Positions 28,313-39,906 are shown, counted from the first letter of the stretch. The stretch: 64,000 bases of DNA from Octopus vulgaris (GCA_951406725.2 OX597815.1:26164001-26228000), one strand, 5' to 3'. Numbers and translations: made by a program. Notes: generated from the sequence alone by a model not told the origin.

Positions 28313-28711
28313 TCTTTATATATAAAAGTCAAGTTGTGTGTCTGTCTCCTACGATTTAGATTCCTAACTACTCCCACATTTTGCGGTGCAGTTTAACCAA
28401 AACCAGGTATCTTATAGTCGTGATTCATATCGAGCCTTCTGGGTATTAGCGCGCGTCTACGATGAGGCTACGATTTTAAAAAAAATTTACCATCATTTTT
28501 TTCCATTTTAATGCATTTTTTTCGCTATTATATAACGGAAGTAACTCTCTAAAAATGTCTACGATGAGTCAACAATTTAAAAAAAAAATTTACCATAATT
28601 TTTTTTCCATTTTTAATGCATTTTTTTGCTATTTTTTGGCTATAACTCTCTAAAAATGCTTATATAGTTATTTCCCTTACAAACCCGAGCAACGCCGGGC
28701 GATACTGCTAG
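28313..28711 (+). mobile_element. Non-autonomous Helitron
   Basis: Inserted between A and T. 5' TC, 3' hairpin CCCGAGCAACGCCGGG (28684-28699) and terminal CTAG; internal ~100-bp tandem duplication. Confidence 0.88.
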
Positions 28712-28790
28712 TTGACTTATAAAAACGTTTAATATATTTTGTAGCATATTATGGTTGCATAACGATATAGCATGTGCGTTCAAGTTAAGT

Positions 28791-29214
28791 TACTCTTACT
28801 CTTTTTACTCTTTTATTTGTTTCAGTAATTTGGCTGCGGCCATGCTGGAGCACCGCCTTTAGTCGAGCAAATCGACCCCGGGACTTATTCTTTGTAAGCC
28901 CAGTACTTATTCTATCGGTCTATTTTGCCGAACCGCTAAGTGACGGGGACGTAAGCATACCAGCATCGGTTGTCAAGCAATGCTAGGGGGACAAACACAG
29001 ACACACACACACACACACCCACACATATATATATATACATATATATACGACAGTTCCCGTCTTTCAGTTCCCGTCTACCAAATCCACTCACAAGGCTTTG
29101 GTCGGCCCGGGGCTATAGCAGAAGACACTTGCCCAAGATGCCACGCAGTGGGACTGAACCCGGAACCATGTAGTTGGTTAGCAAGCTACTTACCACACAG
29201 CCACTCCTGCGCCT
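28791..29214 (-). mobile_element. Full-length SINE A
   Basis: Complete head, internal microsatellite and tail. Confidence 0.92.
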
Positions 29215-30124
29215 ATATTATTAATTTTTTTTTTTTTTTTTTTGTCTAGTTGAGATCAGTGGATAACAGAATTGATGCAGTGCTGAACAGAACAGAACGA
29301 AAAGATTTGGCGCGGCTGTTAGGGTGTTGACGATTTGGCACAGCTGACTGTACATGAATATGTTTTTGCGGCAATACGTTTTGACACTGCCTCCCACACA
29401 CACACAAACGTACACATGCACGCTGCAGAAGTATACACATACTAATAGAGAGAGAGAGCGAGAGAGATGGGGGAAAGAGAGAGAGAGCTATTATATATAC
29501 ATGAAAATATAACTAGATGGTCACACATAGACAGAGAGGAGAGAAAATGAGAGAAATAATAAAAGTCTAATTTGAGACATTTTAATGTTTAATCAAATTA
29601 TATGTCAAGTGTGAATAACCCAAAAATAAAAAAAAGAGCCAACGTGTGAATAACCCAGCATGTCACACATGATACAGTGTCGAATCTACGATACTAAATA
29701 GGCAACGCTGAATAGACGGCGCCAAAAAAGCTGTGTCATAACGTCTCATGCCCTGGACAGAGGACTTTGTCATATTTAAGCTCGTAATTATATTTGAAAT
29801 GACGTTATAAGTTCAGTCTCTACTATTGTCAACTTTATAACATTCCATAGTTGGAAAATAAAGTGCTAAAGTTTGTTTAATCAAATTTTTCACCCTACAA
29901 AATCTATGGTTTTGTTACCTGTGTCAAAAATCTTTACGATTAATGCCATACTTAATTTAGGAAAGCGAAGATGACTAAGATAGTAAAAAGCTACATGAAA
30001 ATTCTATGCAGAATTTCTTTTTGTCTTCTTTGGGCAAGTATGGAAAAAGTGTGATAATTTTGCGTCAAGAATTGCTGCATTATAACTTTTCGCGTAAATT
30101 TTCGTATAAATCCAGCATTCTGAG

Positions 30125-30290
30125 GTGATTGGTTTAATCGATTACTTCGATTTGAATACTTGACTGGTACTTTATTTTATTAACTCTGAAAGGATAAAAG
30201 GCACATTTGATCTCCGCAGTATTTGAATGCAAAAAGCGGGAAGAAATGCATTTTGTCCGACGCTCTCACGATTCTGCCACCGCGCCACCT
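30125..30290 (-). mobile_element. Decayed SINE B
   Basis: Degenerate family B core. Confidence 0.65.
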
Positions 30291-30503
30291 TTAATCCTGT
30301 ATTATAATAGCAATCAAAATTGCCGAATCCTCACGAGATGCTGCAATTACTAACAGCTACAGCTACTTGAAATACCTTTGTAAGCTGCTATATCTACAGT
30401 TTGGCAGCGGATGTAAGTGGAACATTTTGTAAATTATAGTCTGGTTAACTAAAACTGATTCGTATTCTTGGGTCATTCACGCTTGACATATATTATTGAA
30501 TAT

Positions 30504-30875
30504 GTGGAGGCGCAATGGCCCAGTGGTTAGGGCAGCGGACTCGCGGTCATAGGATCGCGGTTTCGATTCCCAGACCGGGCGTTGTGAGTGTTTATTGAGC
30601 GAAAACACCTCAAGCTCCACGAGGCTCCGGCAGGGGATGGTGGTGATCCCTGCTGTACACTTTCACCACAACTTTCTCTCACTCTTACTTCCTGTTTCTG
30701 TTGTACCTGTATTTCAAAGGGCCGGCCTTGTCACTCTCTGTGTCACGCTGAATATCCCCGAGAACTACGTTAAGGGTACACGTGTCTGTGGAGTGCTCAG
30801 CCACTTACACGTTAATTTCACGAGCAGGCTGTTCCGTTGATTCGGATCAACCGGAACCCTCGTCGTCGTGCTTCC
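30504..30875 (+). mobile_element. Full-length tRNA-Arg(TCG)-derived SINE C with 14-bp TSD
   Basis: A box TGGCCCAGTGG, B-box-like GGTTTCGATTCCC; ATATTATTGAATAT at 30490-30503 and 30876-30889. Confidence 0.92.
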
Positions 30876-31141
30876 ATATTATTGAATATTCACGAGAATC
30901 TACAATTACTAGTTACTACAATCATACATGCCTCTGTAAACTACTACCACCCTACAGTGTGCCAGTGGAACGTTTGACAAATTAACTGATTTACGTTAAC
31001 GTTAAGCTTAACTTATTTGCATTTCACTGATTGAGGAATATATATATATATTGTTTTATTTATTTATTATATTGTTATTATATGACCGAACGCACGCGTC
31101 GTTTCTCTTCTCCAAGTAAGTTTATATATATATATATATAG

Positions 31142-31231
<90 letters not shown>

Positions 31232-32306
31232 CTACTTAACGTCGGCTTCGCGCTGAAAAACATAATCTCAAGGCAGCAAACAAACTACTATCTAATATCT
31301 ACTTTAATCTTTCTTTTTCAAGCAGCAGATATCTCAGGTTCCTGCAATCATTATTGTAAATTGTCGCACCATTCGGTGTATCAAAATCTGCGTATCAAGC
31401 TCTTATAGGTCGTTCGGAACACTAAATTCCTCCAATGCGTTTTTATCAATGTTTACAGCCTTTTTTTTTTTTCATTTAGGGTGTTTCTGGTTTCTACCAC
31501 TTCCCTTTTTATAATGGTGGTTTATATTTATGCAGAGTTTTCCGCCAGAAATTTACTGTTAGAGTATTAGAGTTACATGTCATTGGACATGCGTTTCTGA
31601 TGTATGTATCTTGTGTGCTAATTGTAGCCTTGTATTGCGATATCAGTATTGCTTCCCTATTCAAACGTATATTTCTGTGTGGAATTCTATAAACCGTGGT
31701 CGTATTTTCTGTTAATATTTTCCTTCTTAGCTTTATTCTAATGTATGAGGTGTAGTATATTGCAGTGTCTCTCTGTTTAAAATACAGGTGAGCCTACAAC
31801 TGAATGTTGCACTCGTCAGGTCTAAGTAACATTTGGAATTGATTATGGAAGCAATACTAATTCCGCAGTAGAAGTCCACAATTAACATACAATGTACACA
31901 TCACAAATACAAATACAATAACGGAGACCTACATTCCTCTAACGGTCAAATTTTAGTGGTAAAATTTGTATGAATATAAGCCATCCACTATTAAATAAAA
32001 ACGCAGTGCATAAGGAAAAACTACCCTACATCAGGAAGATGAGGTTGAAATAACCTCTGAAATTACTTTAAAATAAATTTTTAAACTGTATTGTTCCAAA
32101 GCTCTGTTACAAAATTACGAACAAAAATTTAAAAGATTACATTAGGACATAGTCGTGTTTTGAAAATTACGTTTGCACGCTCGCGCGCACACATTATTTC
32201 TTGGCTGTATAAAAAGAAAATATCTAATCGTTTTCAAGCATGTCTACATGCTTTCGTAGTTGTAATTTATTCCTATTTATTTGTGTAGATATACATATAG
32301 ATACAT

Positions 32307-32379
<73 letters not shown>

Positions 32380-32484
32380 TGTATATATATATATACATAT
32401 ACATATACATATATATATATATACATATATATATACACACATATATATATATATATATATACATATATGTATACATATATATAT

Positions 32485-32537
<53 letters not shown>

Positions 32538-32945
32538 CATACATATATATATAGGTTTGTATGTATATATGTTCGTACGTATGTATGTATCTATCTATAT
32601 ATATATATATACACATATGTATGTATGTAACGCGTGTATGTGTGCGTTTGTGTGTGTGTGTGTGTGTCATTGAGCGTGTGTATGCATACGTGTGCGTGTT
32701 TACGCAATTCTTAACGAATGGAAGAAAAAAAGTAATCGTTACAGAAAGAGGGGTCATGAAATTTAATTCGGCGGGCTGAAACCAATCTGATTGCAACAAG
32801 ATGTTTCCACATATGTTTTAACACCTGTTTCATTTTGCCATACAAAATTTTTTGTATTTATGTTCTTTTTATTTGTTTTCATTGCAAAATGATTAACAAA
32901 ACAGCACGGTGCGATCGCTCTTATTTACGCAAACTACTGAATTGT

Positions 32946-32996
<51 letters not shown>

Positions 32997-33041
32997 ATGC
33001 GTATATATAAATATGTATGTATATGTATATCTATGTGTTTG

Positions 33042-33083
<42 letters not shown>

Positions 33084-33105
33084 CATATATATGCATATAC
33101 TCTGT

Positions 33106-33533
33106 TACTCTTCTACTTGTTTCAGTCATTTGACTGTGGCCATGCTGGAGCAACGCCTTTTAGCAAATCGACCCCAGGACTTATTCTTTGTAAGCCGAGT
33201 ACTTATTCTATCGGTCTCTCATGCCGAACCGCTAAATTACGGGAACGTAAACACACCCGCATCGGTTGTCAAGCGATGTTGGGGGGACAAACACAGACAC
33301 ACAAACACACACACACACATGCACACGCACACACACATACACATATGTATATATATATGTACATACATACATATATACGACGGGCTTCTTTCAGTTTCTG
33401 TGTACCAAATCCACTTAGAAGGCTTTGGTCGGCCCGAGGCTATAGGAGAAGACACTTGCCCAAGGTACCACGCAGTGGAACTGAACCTAGAACCATGTGG
33501 TTCGTAAGGAAGCTACTTACCACACAGTCACTC
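33106..33533 (-). mobile_element. Full-length SINE A
   Basis: Matches family A; source of the spurious 338-aa ORF. Confidence 0.9.
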
Positions 33534-34118
33534 CAAAACCTATATAAACGAACATATAGAGATAAACACACACACACACACACACATCTATATTTATGTA
33601 TAAGTGTACTATCAACAGAAAAAATACTCTATCCTGTGAAAATGTCATTTAAAGTACACTGTATTAAAATAAGACCTAGTGCTAGGCTTTTCCCATTAAG
33701 ACACATGGTTAGGCAGGTTTTTATAACGTACTTTGTGTCTCCAAACAATCTTCTGGCTCTGAGCACATGGTTTTTTTTCTATTTGAAAATCAGAACGCTG
33801 ATACATGAGAAATCACGAGAAAAAAAAGACGAGAAAAATCGAGAAGGTTGATACACAATGTAGAAGGGTGAATAAAAACGGAAAAAGAAAAGAATAAAAA
33901 ATTATCGTAGAAGCCATAGTTAAACTAATTGCAGAATAATTCAACAGAGACGGGTTCAAAGACTGCGATACAGCTACTCAGTCCAGAGAAGGCAGCGTAT
34001 TCCAGTTCACCAAAAAAATTTATCCATTTGGTGAAAATTCTGAATGTGGAATTAAGTAGCTGTCACACATTGTTTTAAATTAAAAAATTCCACCAGATCG
34101 GAAACTGAGCTGCCCCCC

Positions 34119-34175
<57 letters not shown>

Positions 34176-34190
34176 GTTCCCCCCACCCCG

Positions 34191-34525
34191 CCGAGCATAC
34201 CGTCGGTTACGACGACGAGGGTCCAAGCTGATACGCTCAACGGAACTGCTTGCTCGTGAAACTAACGTGCAAGTGGCTGAGCACTCCACAGGCACGTGTA
34301 CTCTTAAAGTAGTTCTCAAGGAGATCTAGCCTGACGCAGAGTGTGACAAGGCTGGCCCTTTGACCATTTGAAAAACAGGTACTACTCATTTTAGCCAACC
34401 GAGTGGACTGAAACAACATGCAATAAAGTGTCTTGTTCAAGGACACAACGCGTCGCTGGGGATTGAACTCATGACCTTACGATTGTGAATCCACTACCCT
34501 GACCACTAAACCACGCGCCTTCACC
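34191..34525 (-). mobile_element. tRNA-derived SINE with GTGTCCTTGAACAAGACACTTT central domain and family C tail
   Basis: A/B boxes in the head; tail shared with the 30504 copy. Confidence 0.82.
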
Positions 34526-35358
34526 ATATGAATGTATGCATATATGTTTATCAATTATAAAATTCGGTGAATTTTCAATTTCTCTCGCTGATCGACAATT
34601 GAACAAGGAAACAGCTTTAGAAGCTCTGCTACTAAAACTTAGCGCGTGTGTACCCCACTTAGGAGAACACCACGAATTTATTTCCTGGCTAGTCCTATTT
34701 ATCAAAGAGATGGAATTTGTGCGTCATGATGAGGGGATCTTGAAGGGATATTTTTGAAGAGACTTCATTCTGTATATTTGTTACTTCTTTTATATTTTAT
34801 TGTAAGATGTTTAGGTTCCTTTGTTTCAAGGTAGACGGGAGTAACTCTTTTGAAAGTTGATTTGTTTAAGTTCTTTGTGCATTAAACATAATAGAAGAGC
34901 ATTTCTTTGTGGTTCTGTATCAAGTATGTTGTAGTCAATGTTTGGTTTGATTTCTTGTTTGTGTAAAAATATAAACAAGAACATTTGTTTGCAGTTAAAT
35001 TGTTTTTGAAAATTGATTTAAGTACATTTTCTTTGTGCGTGACTTTGTGTGTGTATGTGTTTGTGTGTGGTTATATATAAACAACAGCATTTGTTTGCGA
35101 TTCAATATAAGAAAAAAAAAGTGTTGTTGAGTTACTTTGTACTTACAGATAATTCTAGATTTCCAGAGTTTCAAAAACAGGATATACTTGAAAAGTATTC
35201 AAAATTTTATTGAATTCCTGTGGTTTGCGATGCAGACTTGCAAAGCCAAAGTAACAGGAATAAAAATGACGTCTTTGTGACTAGTTCTCTGTGTCCCTGT
35301 TTGTCGCTCTCTTTCTCTCTCTGTCTCTATCATCACTGTCTCTCTCTCTCTCTCTCTC

Positions 35359-35401
<43 letters not shown>

Positions 35402-35589
35402 TAAGCAATAAAGGGTTTAGCAACGAATTGCCTTACCACAGACCGAATTTAGAAATAGTAGTCAAAGAGTTATAGCTATTTCTTCTACTAAAAAGGGAGA
35501 TCTCAGTAAAAAACACAGCAATTGGAAGGCAGACACAAACAGGTAAGAGAGAATGAATTGACGGCAATCTATCATACAATTTTAAGTTA

Positions 35590-35689
35590 TCTACGGACGC
35601 ACGTTTCGAAATCAAGTTTTTAGGAAAGCATAAGAATTAAATATTAAATAATTCTACGTTACCCAAACTTCTTTTCTCTTCAGCGTAGA
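35590..35689 (-). ncRNA. Type I hammerhead ribozyme
   Basis: Stem I UCUACG/CGUAGA, core CUGAAGA, long stem II GAAA..UUUC, GAAAC-GUGC-GUC; predicted cleavage between 35596 and 35595. Confidence 0.88.
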
Positions 35690-36185
35690 ATACTATAATC
35701 ATAAGTGATTATATATTGAATTTTGAGATACTAGAAGGCACCAACTCAACTCAGTATCAGAGCGAGCTAGAATCCGCAACTAGTATCACCAAACTCAAAG
35801 TGTGAATGAAAGGATTGTGTCACCAGCCCCTTCCCACCCGCGTGTAGCCAAAACAAGATGCTATGGTCATCTACTGAGATAAAATATGGTTATCCGTAAT
35901 AATGAAGGGTGAAATTAATTAATTTGGAATAATTATCAATTACACCAAGTAGTCTTCGGCATGTAAAAGCCTCATTCGAGGAAAATTTAAGTAATACTAA
36001 GCAATAAAGGGTTTAGCAACGAATTGCCTTACCACAGACCGAATTTAGAAATAGCAGTCAAAGAGTTATAGCTATTTCTTCTACTAAAAAGGGAGATCTC
36101 AGTAAAAAACACAGCAATTGGAAGGCAGACACAAACAGGTAAGAGAGAATGAATTGACGGCAATCTATCATACAATTTTAAGTTA

Positions 36186-36285
36186 TCTACGGACGCACGT
36201 TTCGAAATCAAGTTTTTAGGAAAGCATAAGAATTAAATATTAAATAATTCTACGTTACCCAAACTTCTTTTCTCTTCAGCGTAGA
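36186..36285 (-). ncRNA. Type I hammerhead ribozyme (second tandem copy)
   Basis: Identical motif 596 bp away; predicted cleavage between 36192 and 36191. Confidence 0.88.
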
Positions 36286-36437
36286 ATACTATAATCATAA
36301 GTGATTATATATTGAATTTTGAGATACTAGAAGGCACCAACTCAACTCAGTATCAGAGCGAGCTAGAATCCGCAAGTATTTTATTTTTGCATTTAAATAT
36401 GTAATATGTACATCACTCTGAGCACGACATATGTACG

Positions 36438-36478
<41 letters not shown>

Positions 36479-36489
36479 AGTGTTCATAG

Positions 36490-37185
36490 TGCTTAGTATT
36501 ACTTAAATTTTCCTCGAATGAGGCTTTTACATGCCGAAGACTACTTGGTGTAATTGATAATTATTCCAAATTAATTAATTTCACCCTTCATTATTACGGA
36601 TAACCATATTTTATCTCAGTAGATGACCATAGCATCTTGTTTTGGCTACACGCGGGTGGGAAAGGGCTGGTGACACAATCCTTTCATTCACACTTTGAGT
36701 TTGGTGATACTAGTTGCGGATTCTAGCTCGCTCTGATACTGAGTTGAGTTGGTGCCTTCTAGTATCTCAAAATTCAATATATAATCACTTATGATTATAG
36801 TATTCTACGCTGAAGAGAAAAGAAGTTTGGGTAACGTAGAATTATTTAATATTTAATTCTTATGCTTTCCTAAAAACTTGATTTCGAAACGTGCGTCCGT
36901 AGATAACTTAAAATTGTATGATAGATTGCCGTCAATTCATTCTCTCTTACCTGTTTGTGTCTGCCTTCCAATTGCTGTGTTTTTTACTGAGATCTCCTTT
37001 TAGTAGAAGAAATAGCTATAACTCTTTGACTACTATTTCTAAATTCGGTCTGTGGTAAGGCAATTCGTTGCTAAACCCTTTATTGCTTAGTATTACTTAA
37101 ATTTTCCTCGAATGAGGCTTTTACATGCCGAAGACTACTTGGTGTAATTGATAATTATTCCAAATTAATTAATTTCACCCTTCAT

Positions 37186-37188
<3 letters not shown>
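36490..37188 (+). mobile_element. Retrozyme-like repeat, inverted arm, about 1.2 units (594-bp period)
   Basis: Reverse complement of the left array; 36490-36593 repeats from 37084; ends in (AT)n. Confidence 0.88.
36804..36903 (+). ncRNA. Type I hammerhead ribozyme (third copy)
   Basis: TCTACG CTGAAGA [36817-36885 hairpin] GAAAC GTGC GTC CGTAGA; predicted cleavage after C36897. Confidence 0.9.
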
Positions 37189-37226
<38 letters not shown>

Positions 37227-37250
37227 TGAGAGAAAAGGTATATGTATACG

Positions 37251-37317
<67 letters not shown>

Positions 37318-37321
<4 letters not shown>

Positions 37322-37463
37322 AACCAAAATTTTTGTGACGTTCTATGAAGAACGAATGCGGTTAAAATTATAGCAAATAATGAATAGAGCTTGACCAATT
37401 TCTGGCAATTATTTTTCGTATTTTTACATTTAAGTATGTAATCTGTACACCACTATGAACACT

Positions 37464-37496
<33 letters not shown>

Positions 37497-37893
37497 CGTA
37501 CATATGTAGTGCTCAAAGTGATGTACAGATTACATATTTAAATGCAAAAATAAAATTTAAGAAATAGAAGGGTTAATATATAGAAGTATTTAGACGGTTT
37601 CTGTTGCGCTCCTGCGACCGGGTGTTGAGGTTTATTGCTCGGATCCTCTACGGGTGATCGTGTGAATTTTCCGAGCCCCCCCCCCCCCACACTTTGTCAG
37701 CGCGGTTTTTTTTTCGTCATATTCCTTCAATATACGATGCCTTACACCTGTTACACATATTTTTTTCCATTTTTGCCACCTGGGCGCGGATCTATATATT
37801 AACCAATAGAAGTTGGTCAAGATCTATTCATTATTTGCTATACTCTTAACTGCATTCGTTCATCATAGAACGTCACAAAAACTGTGGTTACAC
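37318..37893. repeat. Foldback/MITE-like element with 86-bp inverted arms and an inner inverted repeat
   Basis: 37318-37403 vs 37808-37893 about 90% complementary; inner arms about 37421-37467 vs 37505-37550. Confidence 0.85.
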
Positions 37894-38139
37894 ATACACA
37901 CAACACACACGCACACGTACACACATACACACACACATGTTATGAACTAATCTCAAAGAAACTTCCCTTACATAGTATACAGACATACGGAGTGGTGAGT
38001 ACAGCAAATACCTCGCCATATCACGGTTCACCTAACACAGTTTATTATTTAAGCTTACGTCGATTCCTGCGTGATGTTGTTTTGCATTTATTATAAGATA
38101 AATATATACGAATTATAAAAATAATTTTTAAAATATGCA

Positions 38140-38553
38140 GTGCAGGAGTGGCTGTGTGGTAACTAGCTTGCTTACCAACCACATGGTTCCGTTTTCAGTC
38201 CTACTGCGTGGCACCTTGGACAAGTGTTTTCTACTATAGCCTCGGGTCGACCAAAGCCTTGTAAGTGGATTTGGTAGACGGAAACTGAAAAGAATCCCGT
38301 CGTATATATGTATATGTATATATATATGTGTATGTGTTTGTGTGTCTGTGTTTGTCCTCCCCCCCCCAACATCGCTTGACAACCGATGTTGGTGTGTTTA
38401 CGTCCCCGTAACTTAGCGGTTCGGCAAAAGAGACCGATAGAATAAGTACAAGGCTTACAAAGAATAAGTCCTGGGTTCGATTTGCTCGACTAAAGGCGGT
38501 GCTCCAGCATGGCCGCAGTCAAATGACTGAAACGAGTAAAAGAGTAAAAGAGT
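38140..38553 (+). mobile_element. Full-length SINE A
   Basis: Complete head to GAGTAAAAGAGT tail. Confidence 0.92.
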
Positions 38554-39494
38554 ACAGTACTGTTTCTACTTTGCGGATTTTCACCAATCGTGAGGGTTTT
38601 AGAACGTAATACCCGCGATAGTCGAGGGATTACTGTACACCACTTGTTCAAGCAATGACATTACTTATTTGTTGAATTATAGTTTTTCCATAATGATTTA
38701 GTCATTAGAAAACAATCGGCGATGACTGAATCTCTTAATGACTCCGATGCAGGTGAGAAGAAACAAGGAAATCACCAAAGCCAAATGCTTGCAACAGATT
38801 AAACTCCACTATTCCTTTGCCTGCCAGTAACTCAAGTGGTAGAGGATGGTGGAAAAATAGAAGAATAACCACCCAAGGAAAAGATATTTTCGACTGGCTT
38901 TCCTACAGTTTTTGCCAACCAAACGTCGCTCACACGATTTTTATGAATTCAAAACAATAGTTGGATGCACATACCCAAAATAACATTAAGATATTCCCTA
39001 CTACTGAACATAAACAATTGAATCACAATCTTGCTTCCACAGACGACTCCTTGTTCGTCCGCACACGTGAGACACATTGACCCATACTATTCTACATCCT
39101 CCCACACTTATCAGACACAACTTTACGAATAGAGCGATAAACTTCACGCTTCTCTCCCTTGACGCACGCTCTCAAGTTTGCTGGAAACATCTAGACTCCA
39201 CTCACTACGTGTCTTCCACTTAACATATTCTATTTTTGAGCAACCACTTTATTTATTCATTTATTTATTTATTTATTTATTTATTTATATACTTATTTAT
39301 TTATTTATTTATTTATTTTTCCCTCAATTCTGTTTTACTCTTATCTTTTCTATCTTGATAAAGGACAACACCCCAAAACAACGATTTCTCTTCCTTTCCC
39401 TTCCCTCTACAGAGCTTATACTTTGATTTTGTATTCTTAGTTAACGTTTTTGTTGTTTTGTATTTTTTTAGGCTAACTTTTGTTCGCACCTTAC

Positions 39495-39686
39495 CTGAGT
39501 ATCAATTTCCTGGATATTAATTACCGCGTTGACACAGACATAACTCGGATTAGCACAGGATTTATTATGAAATAATAGAAGAGAAACTTCTTTACCCGTA
39601 GGACGCTCACCAGACCTTAACCGATCGACATCCAAATTCCTAATTAATATGAAGAAAATATTTTTATAAGGATGCAATACGGAAAC
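39495..39686 (-). CDS. Candidate internal exon (192 nt, phase 0-0) of an unidentified host gene
   Basis: Branch CTAAC plus TTTTATTCTTTCCAG acceptor and CAG|GTAAGG donor. Only frame 0 is open: VSVLHPYKNIFFILIRNLDVDRLRSGERPTGKEVSLLLFHNKSCANPSYVCVNAVINIQEIDTQ. Confidence 0.5.
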
Positions 39687-39857
39687 CTGGAAAGAATAAA
39701 ATTGTATGTTAGCTCTGCTTCCTGAAGTGTGCCTTGCTCTCTAATTCTCTTAACGCCGCTAGGGGGAGTTATTGAAGAATTTACACGAGCATGTATGTGC
39801 GTATGTGTATATATGTGTTTACATATACTCAGTATTGGATGCAGAGTCGAGTGTGCA

Positions 39858-39906
<49 letters not shown>

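Larger units (their letters stand above)
35398..36375 (-). mobile_element. Retrozyme-like tandem repeat, 596-bp unit, about 1.6 copies
   Basis: 35398-35779 repeats at 35994-36375 nearly identically; one hammerhead per unit; no RT ORF. Confidence 0.88.

Noticed and set aside
30506-30580. tRNA-Arg gene
   Set aside because: Continues into a SINE body with tail and TSD; it is a SINE head.
31790-31822. CTGACGA..CAGTTGTA on minus
   Set aside because: GAAA absent and stem I mismatched.
32835-33851. 338-aa ORF
   Set aside because: Chance read-through of microsatellites and an antisense SINE A.
35433-35615. 60-aa ORF repeated in each retrozyme unit (also 36029-36211)
   Set aside because: Non-ATG start, overlaps the ribozyme, frameshifted by a 2-nt deletion in the inverted copy, no recognisable domain.
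35398-37188. CRISPR array, LTR pair or DNA-transposon TIRs
   Set aside because: No spacers, TG..CA ends, PBS or TSD; the arms are phase-shifted tandem units, which fits retrotransposition of a multimer better.
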